Below are positions 36,562-47,156 of a DNA stretch of 64,000 nt, piece after piece. The translations under genes were made by a program, and so were the position numbers. Position 1 is the stretch's first letter. Each line of letters begins with the position of its first letter. Under the pieces are notes generated by a model. The model was given only the letters and a program-made list of their open reading frames with translations. It ran no database searches and was not told the DNA's origin. The stretch is taken from assembly GCA_942491415.1 (NCBI GenBank), contig CALOAD010000008.1:29896-93895 (forward strand). The letters are read 5' to 3'. The stretch comes from Candidatus Gastranaerophilales bacterium (GTDB lineage: Bacteria > Cyanobacteriota > Vampirovibrionia > Gastranaerophilales > CALOAD01).

Positions 36562-39500
36562 TTAATAGTAAAGCCATTTAAATGATTTTACCGCTGTTGG
36601 TTTATTTATATCTCCGCTGATACGAACTTGAAATTCTTTTGAAAGTTTATCTTCAGGAATTAAAGGAGGGATTCTGTCCACCATTTCTTTATTTGTCTGA
36701 GCTTGAAATAATATGAGAAAATCTTTTGCAAATAAGCCAACACCCGGGATTTTTCCTACCAGTTTTTCTAGCGAAAGATCTCCTAATACTCCTAACGCCT
36801 GAACAATTTCTTGAGATGTTCGACCTAAGATAATGATATTGCCAACATTATTTGTTAAATTCAAATCGCCTGTAATATACAAACTCAAGTTCTCGCCTTT
36901 GCTTTTTATGGGGTTAAGACTTGCTATGCCGTTATTTAAGTATATAACACCTTGCATTTCTTCAAATTTACCTGTGTTTTTAGGATGTAAAGTTGAAATA
37001 ATATTATCAAGATTAAGTCTTAAAAGATTATTGGAGGCTAAATTGGCTGCTTTTAAATAGTATTCCATATTACCTAAAGAGCCGGCTTGTCCATCTTTTA
37101 CGTCGAAAACTATTTTACCTTTGGCATTCCTTGTCATTTGCTCCGGGGTGAGTCCTGATGTGCTTATTTTTACTTCAGAATTGAGCTTCCCTGATAATTG
37201 TCCCGGCATCATCGCAACTTTTTCCATAAATTGAGCAGCATCAATATCTGAAGCTTTAATATCAGCAAACAGAAAAGCTTTTGGAATATTATATAAAGCA
37301 TTTCCTTTTACGAATCCCCCCAGTGTTTTTGTTTTTAAATCCGGAGTTATAATTTCACTTTTTTCATTTATCTTAAAATGCCCTGAAGAGTTATAAGCTA
37401 AAATATTGTTTACCTTTAATGTCGTGATTTTAAACTTGCCGTTATCAACAACTAATGGTAATGCCGATAAAGGTTTTGCAGGCTGTTGGGGTTGTGAATT
37501 TAAGCTTATAATTTTATCGACATCAAGATTTTCAGAAGTAATATCAAGGTTTTTGAATACAAAAGGTTCGCTAAAAGAAGTTTTCATAGTCGCTTTTAGC
37601 GTTAAGTCAGACCCATCCAGTTTTAGAGCGTTAGCCTCTATACTTATATTTTCTTGATTCATTAATATTTTCATAAGGTCAGCTTTAAAATTGTAGGTAG
37701 GTATTGAAAGGTTTTCAATCTGTAAATTTCCTTGCACGGTAGGATTTGACACCTTACCGTTTACATTAACCTTTCCTGATAATGTAACTTCTGCATTATC
37801 AAATTTTTCAACCGTAATACTTAACGGTTCAGAAAGTGAAATAGCAAGATTTTGCATTTCGGGATTTTTGGTATTCAAATCTTTTAAAATTCCCTTTGCA
37901 GAAAGGACTTCAATAGAATTGACGAGGTTAGATCTTAAGCTACTACTGAGTTTTCTATTTTCTTCAGCAGTTCGTAAAGAAATATCTTCCATTTTCAGTT
38001 CTGTTGGCTTTAATGCAAGTGAGAGGTTTAATATTTTTGTTTTATTTCTCAGTTGTTCAATTTCAGCGATTGAAATATAATTTTTAGAGTTAGAGAGTAA
38101 TTGAGTTTTGAGACTAAGGTTTTCAGGAATACCTGAAAGATATGCAATAAAAGGCATTGTGCCTCGTGAATGTGCATAATTTGAAGCTTGCGGCAATAAG
38201 GATTTTATATCAGCTGAAATAATAAGACCTTTTGCTTTTATATCGAGTGTAGGGTTTTCAATATAATTACTTATGGCACCATTAATTCTTATAGGACTAT
38301 TTTTTAATCTAAATAAAATTTTATTTAACTCTATATTTTTTTCGTCTAAAAGCACTTTGCCGCTTTCAATTCTTAAAGGCAAGTTTAGAGGTTTATAAAT
38401 AGCTGTAATTTCATTTAAAGAGGCTATTCCGTTTGTTTTTTCGCCTGATATATTTGCTTTTAAAGAAATAAATCCTGTTATTTTTTGTATATCATTTAAT
38501 TGTTTTTTTAGATTTTTATCGAGCATTGAAGATTGTTGAATAGCTTTGATATTAGCAACATTAAACTTTGGGATGGATATTGTTATTTCAGGGTTGGGCT
38601 TAGTATCGATATTGGTTATTTTTCCAAGTATAAAAGCGTCTGTATTAAGAGCGTTTAATTTGATGTTCTTAAGTTTTAGTTCTTTGATATTTGCTGATAT
38701 TTCTCCTTGAGTTATTTTTAAAGGAAAACCTAATAAAGCAGGGGTAATAGAAGCATTATCAAAGCTTATTTTTATATTAGGTTCTATTTTATCTAATTTG
38801 CCTTTTATATTTAAAAACACATCAATAAAGCCGTTTACCGTTTTAATTTGTTCTATTTGAGCACTCAATTCCGGCATTAACGTGCTTGCTTTGGTTATTT
38901 CATATATTGTTTTTAAATTAACTTTTGGGGCTGAAAGTTCAATATTTGCGTTTGCATTTTTATCTATATTGCCTTTGACAGTGAATTTTGAAGTATCTAC
39001 AAAGCCGTACATATTATCAAATATTAAAGAATTTTCAATCAGTTTTAAATTTCCGTTTACATCATGAATTGCGCCTGCAAAGCCTTTGTAGCCAATATAA
39101 GCATCTTTTAGATTGAAATACCCGTCAAAGTTAAATTTTTTCAAATTAGTGCAAATGACAAAGTCTGCTTTTGAATGTCCTTTTACAATAAGATTTTCAA
39201 GGTTTTTTGTGTCTATATTTGCTATATCGGTAAAAACAAGGGCTAAATTTTTAAGATTATTTAAATTAACATCAGTCGATTTTACTTTTAAATCAGTAAG
39301 TTTTTTATCTCTGGGGTTAACTTTGCCGGAAATATTAATATATTCATTTTTAGCTACATAGAATTTTGATTTTATATCTAATTTATCACCTTTAAAATGA
39401 ATTTGAGCTTTGCTTTTAGGCAGTTGTCCGCTTAAGGTTTTTACAGTAAAGTCATTAATATTTAAATCACCATATACTCTGGGAAGCTCTCTTTTTAAAT

Positions 39501-40269
39501 CTTTTATCTTTAAATCTGCAACTAAATCACCTTTTAGTCGATGTTTTAAAATAGGTTCCAACGGGTTTGTGAATTTGATTGGTAGTGGCTTTGTTTTTTT
39601 AGGCTGCTTTTTAACTTGAGTCGGAAGCTCTGTTTTTAGCTTTAAATCATATTTTATGTTTGAACCTTCACCCTTTATAAAACCCATGGTATCAAGTTGA
39701 ATTCCTTTATCAGGGTTGAAATTCTTTATTATAAATTTTTCACCTGCTATGATTGATTCCTTTTTATCATCAGAAGAAAAATCAATAAATTTGACTTTAT
39801 AATCTTTGATATTTAAATGGAAACTGTCAAAATGAGTCTCTATTTCTGATGGTTTGCTTTCCGGCATGTTGGATAATAATTCGTTTATTTTATATTTTCC
39901 GTTTTTTCTTTTTATAATATTAACAATAGGAGATTGAAGCTCAGCTTTTTCTATTACGGCAATTTTAAAAATCAAAGGCATCACTGCCACTTCAACGGCT
40001 GCTTTATCAGCTTGAAATAACTGTTCTTTATCAGAAAATTTCAGATCTATATCTTTTAACTCGACTCTTCCTCTTAGATTCCAGGTCGTTTTAAATTTAA
40101 TGTTCTCAATATTCAAATTTAAACCAAAATCTTTTTTAAACTGTGATTTTACTTGTGGTTTAAATGAATTGGCATCAACTAAAGACGGTACTAAAATTAA
40201 AAACAATAGATATATCGCAAAAAGTATCGAAAGTATTATTACGAATATATTTTTAATTGTATTTGTCAT
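36562..40269 (-). CDS. AsmA/TamB-like large envelope protein
   Basis: 1235 aa with a single N-terminal TM anchor, then long beta-rich repetitive sequence typical of AsmA-family lipid-transport/assembly proteins of diderms. Confidence 0.72.
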   Translation of the reverse strand: MTNTIKNIFVIILSILFAIYLLFLILVPSLVDANSFKPQVKSQFKKDFGLNLNIENIKFKTTWNLRGRVELKDIDLKFSDKEQLFQADKAAVEVAVMPLIFKIAVIEKAELQSPIVNIIKRKNGKYKINELLSNMPESKPSEIETHFDSFHLNIKDYKVKFIDFSSDDKKESIIAGEKFIIKNFNPDKGIQLDTMGFIKGEGSNIKYDLKLKTELPTQVKKQPKKTKPLPIKFTNPLEPILKHRLKGDLVADLKIKDLKRELPRVYGDLNINDFTVKTLSGQLPKSKAQIHFKGDKLDIKSKFYVAKNEYINISGKVNPRDKKLTDLKVKSTDVNLNNLKNLALVFTDIANIDTKNLENLIVKGHSKADFVICTNLKKFNFDGYFNLKDAYIGYKGFAGAIHDVNGNLKLIENSLIFDNMYGFVDTSKFTVKGNIDKNANANIELSAPKVNLKTIYEITKASTLMPELSAQIEQIKTVNGFIDVFLNIKGKLDKIEPNIKISFDNASITPALLGFPLKITQGEISANIKELKLKNIKLNALNTDAFILGKITNIDTKPNPEITISIPKFNVANIKAIQQSSMLDKNLKKQLNDIQKITGFISLKANISGEKTNGIASLNEITAIYKPLNLPLRIESGKVLLDEKNIELNKILFRLKNSPIRINGAISNYIENPTLDIKAKGLIISADIKSLLPQASNYAHSRGTMPFIAYLSGIPENLSLKTQLLSNSKNYISIAEIEQLRNKTKILNLSLALKPTELKMEDISLRTAEENRKLSSSLRSNLVNSIEVLSAKGILKDLNTKNPEMQNLAISLSEPLSITVEKFDNAEVTLSGKVNVNGKVSNPTVQGNLQIENLSIPTYNFKADLMKILMNQENISIEANALKLDGSDLTLKATMKTSFSEPFVFKNLDITSENLDVDKIISLNSQPQQPAKPLSALPLVVDNGKFKITTLKVNNILAYNSSGHFKINEKSEIITPDLKTKTLGGFVKGNALYNIPKAFLFADIKASDIDAAQFMEKVAMMPGQLSGKLNSEVKISTSGLTPEQMTRNAKGKIVFDVKDGQAGSLGNMEYYLKAANLASNNLLRLNLDNIISTLHPKNTGKFEEMQGVIYLNNGIASLNPIKSKGENLSLYITGDLNLTNNVGNIIILGRTSQEIVQALGVLGDLSLEKLVGKIPGVGLFAKDFLILFQAQTNKEMVDRIPPLIPEDKLSKEFQVRISGDINKPTAVKSFKWLYY

Positions 40270-40440
40270 TTATTTTCCTCGACATTCTGATAAAAACAAG
40301 TTAGCTCTCTTATTTTTAATGTAATTGTTCGTTAGAATAAATTAGCTGGACGGGCAAAACTATAGCTAAAAAAAGCTTAAAACAAAATAATAAGGTTGGA
40401 TATTATAATTTAAGACTTTTTAACACTTTTATTCCTTAAG

Positions 40441-40471
40441 AAAAAAGAAGCGCATTATTGCGCTTCTTTTT
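40441..40471 (-). terminator. Intrinsic terminator after rpoD
   Basis: gaagcgc-attatt-gcgcttc hairpin flanked by an A-run and a T-run. Confidence 0.75.
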
Positions 40472-40487
40472 GATCTGATTTTATTTT

Positions 40488-41519
40488 TTAATTTTCTACA
40501 TATTCTTTAAGTCTTCTGCTTCTATTTGGATGACGCAGTTTTCTTAAAGCTTTAGCTTCGATCTGTCTGATTCTTTCTCTTGTTACGCCGAACAACTGAC
40601 CTACTTCTTCTAAAGTTCTTTGTCTGCCGTCGTCCATCCCGAATCTAAGCCTTAGAACATCTCTTTCTCTAGGAGATAGGCTACTAAGAACTTCAGCAAG
40701 ATCTTCTCTAAGAAGTTCGTGAGCAACTGTCATGACAGGAGCATCTGCTTCTCTATCTTCAATGAAATCACCAAGTCTGGAGTCTTCTTCTTTTCCGATA
40801 GGAGTTTCAAGAGAAAGAGGCTCTTGAGCTACTTTAATAATTTCTCTAAGTTTGTTAATGGTGATCCCCATTGCTTCAGAAAGTTCTTCCTCGGAAGGTT
40901 TCCTACTCAAATCTTGAGCAAGCTTACGAGTAATTTTCTTAAGCTTATTGATTGTCTCAACCATATGGACAGGGATTCTTATAGTTCTTGCTTGATCGGC
41001 AATAGCTCTTGTTATTGCTTGTCTAATCCACCAGGTTGCATATGTAGAAAATTTATAACCTCTTTCGTGGTCAAATTTTTCAGCAGCCCTGATTAAACCA
41101 AGGTTACCTTCTTGAATCAGATCAAGGAAAAGCATTCCGCGACCAACATATTTTTTTGCGATACTTACAACAAGTCTTAAGTTAGCTTGCACAAGCTTAC
41201 GCTTAGCTATTTCACCGGATTTACCGCCTTTTACAATTTTTCTTGCCAATTCAATTTCTTCTTCAGCAGTTAATAGTTTAATTCTACCAATTTCCCTTAA
41301 ATACATTCTTACAGGATCATCAACTGATACACCCCTTGGCACTGAAATTTCAGATTCGCTATGTCCTTCAGATCGTTGTTTCAAAGGAGGTGTGTTTACT
41401 TCTGTAAGGGTAGCTGTTCCGCCAAATAAACTGCCAATATCATCGGAGTCCATTTCGCCACTACTTGTAAGAATTTCATCAACGCTACTTTGTGATAGTT
41501 TTTCGTTTTTTTCCATCAT
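40488..41519 (-). CDS. rpoD: Primary RNA polymerase sigma factor (group 1 sigma-70)
   Basis: 343 aa with regions 1.2-4.2, including [30 protein letters not shown] and [19 protein letters not shown]. Confidence 0.95.
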   Translation of the reverse strand: MMEKNEKLSQSSVDEILTSSGEMDSDDIGSLFGGTATLTEVNTPPLKQRSEGHSESEISVPRGVSVDDPVRMYLREIGRIKLLTAEEEIELARKIVKGGKSGEIAKRKLVQANLRLVVSIAKKYVGRGMLFLDLIQEGNLGLIRAAEKFDHERGYKFSTYATWWIRQAITRAIADQARTIRIPVHMVETINKLKKITRKLAQDLSRKPSEEELSEAMGITINKLREIIKVAQEPLSLETPIGKEEDSRLGDFIEDREADAPVMTVAHELLREDLAEVLSSLSPRERDVLRLRFGMDDGRQRTLEEVGQLFGVTRERIRQIEAKALRKLRHPNRSRRLKEYVEN

Positions 41520-41530
41520 TTATAAGTGCC

Positions 41531-43447
41531 TCATCGTTTGTTTTCTCGGTTTTCTAACAATTTTGTTTTTTGTTGTTTGAGTTGTTCTCTTACCTGGTAT
41601 TGTAGCTGTAGAGATGTCATTTCATCATCATTAGCTGTTCTATACTCGGTTTTTAGCTTTTCAAAGTTTTGGATATTATTATAGCTCTTAATGCACTCTA
41701 TATTTTCGTTAATATATTCTTTAATTCTATTTGCATCGAGCATTTTTTTATCTTCAACCGAAAAGATTATGTCTACCAGTTCATTTTTTACTTCTTCATT
41801 ATCCGCCAAAACCGTCAGTATAGAGTTTGTAAGTTGTTCTACATCATTAGTCTTTTGAGATAATTTTTCTGCGTGCTCCTTTATTAATGCCAACTTTGGT
41901 TCTGTAAATTCAATGTTTGATAAAATTTGATTTAAACTTTCAAAAGTAAGTTTGCCTTCTTCTATAAAATAAAAGCTCAATAAATTTTTTTGCGCAATTA
42001 TGTGCTTTTTTGAAGTTTTTGTTACAAATCTAGTATTTCTTTTAATAGAAGTTGTTTTCAGTGACAAACCTCTGTTTAACTCTTCTCTAAGCGCTTTTTC
42101 ATCAACTCTAATAATTTGAGCAATTTTATTTATATATTCATTTCTTGTAATAGAATTGTTGACCTCTGAAATGACCGGTGTAATGGCTTTTATAAGCTTC
42201 ATTTTCTTTTGGGGGGTGTTTAGTTCTCCAAAAGAACTAAGTACGTTATCTATTTGAAAATCAATCAATAACGGTGCTTTTTCAACATGCTTCTTATAAG
42301 CATCTACACCTTCTGTGCGGATAAATTCATCAGGATCTTTGCCCGTACTTGTTTTTACGACTCTAACTTCGCAGGAATATTTACCTTTACTTGCTTCATG
42401 TCCAAAACTTTCGTCAAATTGCTTTATTTCGCCCAGGTCGCCCAAAGAGTTTTTAATTATCTCAGCACCTCTGTTTGTTGCGTTTATTCCCGCTGTATCA
42501 GAATCAAAAGCTAAATAAATGCGCCTGGAGGGGGTAAATCTTGAGATGAGTTTAATGTGTTGATCTGTTAATGATGTTCCTGAAGAAGCTACAGCGTTTT
42601 TAATTCCGTGAGCATGAGCTGTTATTACATCAAAATAACCTTCCATTATCAATACTCTATCTTCAGCTTTTATTGCGTTAATCCCTTGATAAAGCCCGTA
42701 TAAAATACGGCTTTTGTTATAGGCGGGAGTTTCAGGAGAGTTTAGATATTTGGGGTTTTGACCGTCTTCTAACGCTCTAGCTCCAAAAGCTACGACATTT
42801 CCTTTTTCATCGTGGATGGGTATAATTATTCGATCTCTAAATCTATCTAGAAAGCCTTTTCCGTTAGATCTTTGAGAAACTAAACCTGCTTTATCCAAAA
42901 GATCCATTGTGAATTTTTCTGTGTTAACAAGGTAATTTATAAGGGCATCAAATTGTTTAGGAGCATATCCTATTTGATATTCAGTCAAAATAGCGTCGCT
43001 TAAATCTCTATTATTTAAGTATTCTTTTGCTTTTAAAGCTTCCTGATTGTTTTTTAACTGTTGTGAATAAAAATGAGCCGCTTTTTGGTTAACTTCATAT
43101 ATTTGTTTTTTTAGTTCGGCTTTTTCTGAGGAAAAGCCTGTATTAGGCATTTCTAATCCGAATTTTTGCGCCAGCTCTGTTATTACTTCCATAAATGATT
43201 GATTTTGTAGTTTCATCAAAAAGCTGATAGAATCACCACCTGCTCCGCAACCAAAGCATTTGTAGATACCTTTTTCGGGATTAACCGAAAAAGATGGAGT
43301 TTTTTCTTGATGAAAAGGACAAACTCCCCAGAAGTTTCTTCCGGATTTTTTAAGCACAACATGTTCAGATACAGTATCAACTATATCTAATCTGTCTTTT
43401 ATTTCTTGAACTATGTCTGAGTTGCTTAATTTCATCTGGTTTGTCAT
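41531..43447 (-). CDS. dnaG: DNA primase
   Basis: 638 aa with Zn-ribbon CPFHQEKTPSFSVNPEKGIYKCFGCG and TOPRIM EGYFDV / DSDTAG. Confidence 0.95.
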   Translation of the reverse strand: MTNQMKLSNSDIVQEIKDRLDIVDTVSEHVVLKKSGRNFWGVCPFHQEKTPSFSVNPEKGIYKCFGCGAGGDSISFLMKLQNQSFMEVITELAQKFGLEMPNTGFSSEKAELKKQIYEVNQKAAHFYSQQLKNNQEALKAKEYLNNRDLSDAILTEYQIGYAPKQFDALINYLVNTEKFTMDLLDKAGLVSQRSNGKGFLDRFRDRIIIPIHDEKGNVVAFGARALEDGQNPKYLNSPETPAYNKSRILYGLYQGINAIKAEDRVLIMEGYFDVITAHAHGIKNAVASSGTSLTDQHIKLISRFTPSRRIYLAFDSDTAGINATNRGAEIIKNSLGDLGEIKQFDESFGHEASKGKYSCEVRVVKTSTGKDPDEFIRTEGVDAYKKHVEKAPLLIDFQIDNVLSSFGELNTPQKKMKLIKAITPVISEVNNSITRNEYINKIAQIIRVDEKALREELNRGLSLKTTSIKRNTRFVTKTSKKHIIAQKNLLSFYFIEEGKLTFESLNQILSNIEFTEPKLALIKEHAEKLSQKTNDVEQLTNSILTVLADNEEVKNELVDIIFSVEDKKMLDANRIKEYINENIECIKSYNNIQNFEKLKTEYRTANDDEMTSLQLQYQVREQLKQQKTKLLENRENKR

Positions 43448-43486
43448 TTATTCTTCCGTGGTTATAAACATATATCTTCTACTACA

Positions 43487-44551
43487 CTATTTGCACAATA
43501 TTTGATTTTTTTCGGCTAATTTAAGCAAAAATCCATCATCTGTTTGAAGGCTCATCGGTTTAGGAATAAAGTTATCTTCGTACAGCTGTATAGCATATCG
43601 ATCTGTCATGCCGGCAATAAAGTCTGCTACTGTTGTTTCTGTTAATAATTCATTTGTTGAATTTACTTGGGGATTGTTTTTGAGTGCTTCTTTATAAAAG
43701 TTAAACAATTCTTTAATTATTTTCTTTGCTTTTCCTTCTTCTTTTTTTGCAACAAAATCAACATAGACGTTATCAAACATCCAGTCTCTGAGCTTTTCCA
43801 TCATTGCAAAGCATTTATCGGACATAATTATTTTATTTTTATCATAACTGCTTAAAATAAGGTCTTTAACCATAAAACTTATACGTCTGCTGTGACGGGT
43901 TCCAAAATAGTCATTACATTCTTTTGGAATATCTTCGATCTTTAAAACACCCGCTCTTATTGAATCGTCTATATCATGATTTAAATATGCAATTTTATCA
44001 GCTATTTTAACTATTTGTCCTTCAAGAGTTTGAGGAGGGGTGCAATCATAAGAATGGTTCAAAATACCTTCAATTGTCTCATATGTTAGGTTTAAATCTT
44101 CAATAAGTGATACAACTCTAACACTTTGCTCGTTATGTTTAAAACCGTTTTGTAACAGTTCATTTAGTACTGATTCTCCGGAGTGACCAAAAGGCGTATG
44201 CCCTAAATCATGCCCAAGTGCAATTGCTTCTGTTAAATCTTCATTCAACTTTAAAGCGCGAGCTATTGTCCTTGATATTTGAGCAACCTCAAGAGTGTGA
44301 GTCATTCTTGTTCTGTAATGATCTCCCAATGGAGATATATAAACCTGTGTTTTGTGCTTCAGGCGTCTAAAAGCCTTGCAATGTAAGATTTTGTCTCGAT
44401 CTCGCTGATATTCAGAGCGAATATCGCAGATATTTTCTTCATGCTTTCTACCTTTAGTACAATTACTCTTTGCTGCGTATATACTAAGATAGTTATTTTC
44501 AAATTCAATTTGTGATTCTTTTGGTGTCAATTGCATTATTAAAATGTCCAA
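43487..44551 (-). CDS. dgt: dGTPase-like HD-domain triphosphohydrolase
   Basis: 354 aa with YQRDRDKILHCKAFRRLKHKTQV and HTLEVAQI...GHDLGHTPFGH. Confidence 0.88.
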   Translation of the reverse strand: MDILIMQLTPKESQIEFENNYLSIYAAKSNCTKGRKHEENICDIRSEYQRDRDKILHCKAFRRLKHKTQVYISPLGDHYRTRMTHTLEVAQISRTIARALKLNEDLTEAIALGHDLGHTPFGHSGESVLNELLQNGFKHNEQSVRVVSLIEDLNLTYETIEGILNHSYDCTPPQTLEGQIVKIADKIAYLNHDIDDSIRAGVLKIEDIPKECNDYFGTRHSRRISFMVKDLILSSYDKNKIIMSDKCFAMMEKLRDWMFDNVYVDFVAKKEEGKAKKIIKELFNFYKEALKNNPQVNSTNELLTETTVADFIAGMTDRYAIQLYEDNFIPKPMSLQTDDGFLLKLAEKNQILCK

Positions 44552-44775
44552 AACCCTGTAAGCATAAGAAGCCTTGGTAGTATAACAAATAAGTGTACTT
44601 TTTGCACTAAATCTTAAATAATTAATCTGATATTTTTATAAATCTTAATATAAATATTAAAGTTATTATTGAATTTTGAGAAATTTCCTAAATGAAAAAG
44701 AAAAAATTTTAAAAAAGTATCAAAGTTTTAAAAAAATGTGTCGATGTTAAAATAAGAAAGAGAAGTTTTTTCTAA

Positions 44776-46158
44776 ATGGTAAGAATTAAGAAGGCATCAA
44801 TTATGACAACAGAGACCACTATTGGAGGCGAATTTTTGAGCGAGCATCCTGATAAAATTTTAGAAAATGATCCGATGGAAGCAATCTTTGCCCTTAATCT
44901 CGGCGATTTTGTAACCGAACATTTAATTTCTGATGATCTTTTAGGCAAGATTAATACATCTGTGCAAGATAAAGTGTCAGGCTTAAAAAATCAATTAAAA
45001 GAACTTATTTCTATTTACTCACTTGATAATACCCTTACTTTACTAGGTTTTAGCAGTGAAGAAGATTTTATTATCTATAATTCAATCGCAAAAACAATAT
45101 CTCAAATGTTAGAAATTGACGCATGTCATATATTTTTAACAACAGAGTATGCAAAAACTCTTGATAAAGAAAATAAATTTGATTTAATTTTAGCCGGTAG
45201 TTCAAAAACTGTATCAAAAGAAGTAAAATCTTCTATCGGTTGTAATCTTAAAGATGAGCAAAACCCCTTAACACAATCGTTTATGATGGGTGAGAGCATC
45301 TATAAAACAGATATTTCTACAACAAGTGTTTTAAATAATGGTGAAATTATCAAAACATTGCTAACAATTCCAATGGTGAGCAACTCGGGTGAAGTTGGCG
45401 TGATTTCTCTTGAATGTACTGATAATAGAGAAATACTGCCTGAATTTATTGCACTTCTTGAAATTACCGCAAGATTATTCGTGACTTCAATGAATTTGCA
45501 ACGTTTAATTGAAGATACGCAAAATCTTTTAGACAATCCAAATCCAACACCAATGGAATTAAGACACTTACGAACTGAATTAACGGCTGTTATCGGTGAT
45601 TTAGGCGATGAGCAGCAAATGTTCGTAGAAGCAATGGCTAGCGCTGTAGACGCAAAAGGTCATTATGTAAAAGAACATTCCACAAAAGTGGCTAAACTTG
45701 CAAGACGTATCGCAGAATACTTGCATTTGAACGAAAAAACTACAGATTTAATCTATTATGCAGGTTTATTGCAAAATATCGGCAAAATAACTTTGCCTGA
45801 AGAGCTTTTCAACAAAAAAGAAAAACTATCAAAAGAAGATTGGGAAAAACTTGAAAACCATCCAAACGTCGGTGTTAATCTTCTTATGAAAATAAATTTC
45901 TTATCCGAGGTTATTCCTTATATTCATTATCATCGTGAAAGATGGAATGGAAAAGGTGAACCTGAAGGTTTATCCGGTAATAGCATTCCGTTAGGTTCTA
46001 GAATTATAGCGGTTGCGGATGCTTATCAAGCTATGGTGGCGGAAAGACCGTATAGAAGACCTATTTCAAATGATAAAGCACTGGAAATTATAAAATCTGA
46101 ATCAGGCGAAAAATGGGATCCTATAATTGTAGATGCTTTGGTTGAAATTAGGACTTAA
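44776..46158 (+). CDS. GAF + HD-GYP domain protein
   Basis: 460 aa with a GAF-like middle and C-terminal HS..VA...GLLQNIGK and HHERWNGKGEPEG. Confidence 0.82.
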   Translation: MVRIKKASIMTTETTIGGEFLSEHPDKILENDPMEAIFALNLGDFVTEHLISDDLLGKINTSVQDKVSGLKNQLKELISIYSLDNTLTLLGFSSEEDFIIYNSIAKTISQMLEIDACHIFLTTEYAKTLDKENKFDLILAGSSKTVSKEVKSSIGCNLKDEQNPLTQSFMMGESIYKTDISTTSVLNNGEIIKTLLTIPMVSNSGEVGVISLECTDNREILPEFIALLEITARLFVTSMNLQRLIEDTQNLLDNPNPTPMELRHLRTELTAVIGDLGDEQQMFVEAMASAVDAKGHYVKEHSTKVAKLARRIAEYLHLNEKTTDLIYYAGLLQNIGKITLPEELFNKKEKLSKEDWEKLENHPNVGVNLLMKINFLSEVIPYIHYHRERWNGKGEPEGLSGNSIPLGSRIIAVADAYQAMVAERPYRRPISNDKALEIIKSESGEKWDPIIVDALVEIRT

Positions 46159-46182
46159 GTAAAAGTATGTATATTAAAAATA

Positions 46183-46209
46183 AAAAAACACCCTTGGGGT
46201 GTTTTTTTA
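46183..46209. terminator. Bidirectional intrinsic terminator between convergent genes
   Basis: aaaaaaacaccc-ttg-gggtgttttttt. Confidence 0.75.
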
Positions 46210-47019
46210 TTTGCAAGCACTAAGTTTAAATAATGTTATCTCAGGAGTAGAATTCAATCTGGGAGTTTTTATATAAAATTTCTTGTTAAAAATTTCAGGA
46301 GTGAGCAAAGATGTGCCAATTCCACGATTAACATAAAGTTTTGAAATACCGTATTTATAGATTCCTTTTATAAATTCACAACCTAAAATTGATTTATAAA
46401 TAGAGTTTAAAATTTCTGAATAAAACTGACATCCGTGAGTATGCCCCGATAAAACAATTGAAGGTCTATGTCTTGCAAATTCTTTGAAATTAATAGGGTT
46501 GTGAGTTAAAAATATACAGTTTTTTTGATCATTAATATTTTTCATCATTTTAAAAATATTTTGATCGCCGAGTTCAATATCATCTGCTCCCGCAATATTA
46601 ACAGGAGTTCCTTTTATGAAAAGTTTTTCAGACTCATTCACTAGTATTCTTATATCCGCTTTATTATAAGCATCTATAATTGCCTGTCCATCATCACCAT
46701 CGGAATGGTCATGATTGCCTAAGCAAGCATATTTTCCAAAAGTAGCATTTATTTGCTTTAACATAGATATTAAATCAGGAATATATTTTTTGCCGTTGCA
46801 AATTACGTCTCCTGTAATTACAACTATATCGGCTTTTAAAGAATTAACGCGATCAACAGTTTCTTCAATTAGGGCTTTATTCCAACGATTAATATGAAGG
46901 TCTGAAATTTGAACAACTCTGAGTCCGTTTAATTGTTCACTAAAATTTTTTAATTTTAGCTCTTGTTCGTTTATTTCAACTTTTTCTTGTCCTAGGAAAG
47001 ATTTAATGTTTATATGCAT
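46207..47019 (-). CDS. Calcineurin-like metallophosphoesterase
   Basis: 270 aa with ISDLHI, TGDV, LGNHD and SGHTHG motifs. Confidence 0.85.
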   Translation of the reverse strand: MHINIKSFLGQEKVEINEQELKLKNFSEQLNGLRVVQISDLHINRWNKALIEETVDRVNSLKADIVVITGDVICNGKKYIPDLISMLKQINATFGKYACLGNHDHSDGDDGQAIIDAYNKADIRILVNESEKLFIKGTPVNIAGADDIELGDQNIFKMMKNINDQKNCIFLTHNPINFKEFARHRPSIVLSGHTHGCQFYSEILNSIYKSILGCEFIKGIYKYGISKLYVNRGIGTSLLTPEIFNKKFYIKTPRLNSTPEITLFKLSACK

Positions 47020-47156
47020 AAATTATCCTTGAAATATACAAATTGAATATTTATATCAACAATTTAGCACATTGAATCTATTTAATTCCACAAAAATTAT
47101 GATTTAAAAAGCCTTAGTTAATTTTTAAATCACAACCTTTTTGATAATATAATTGT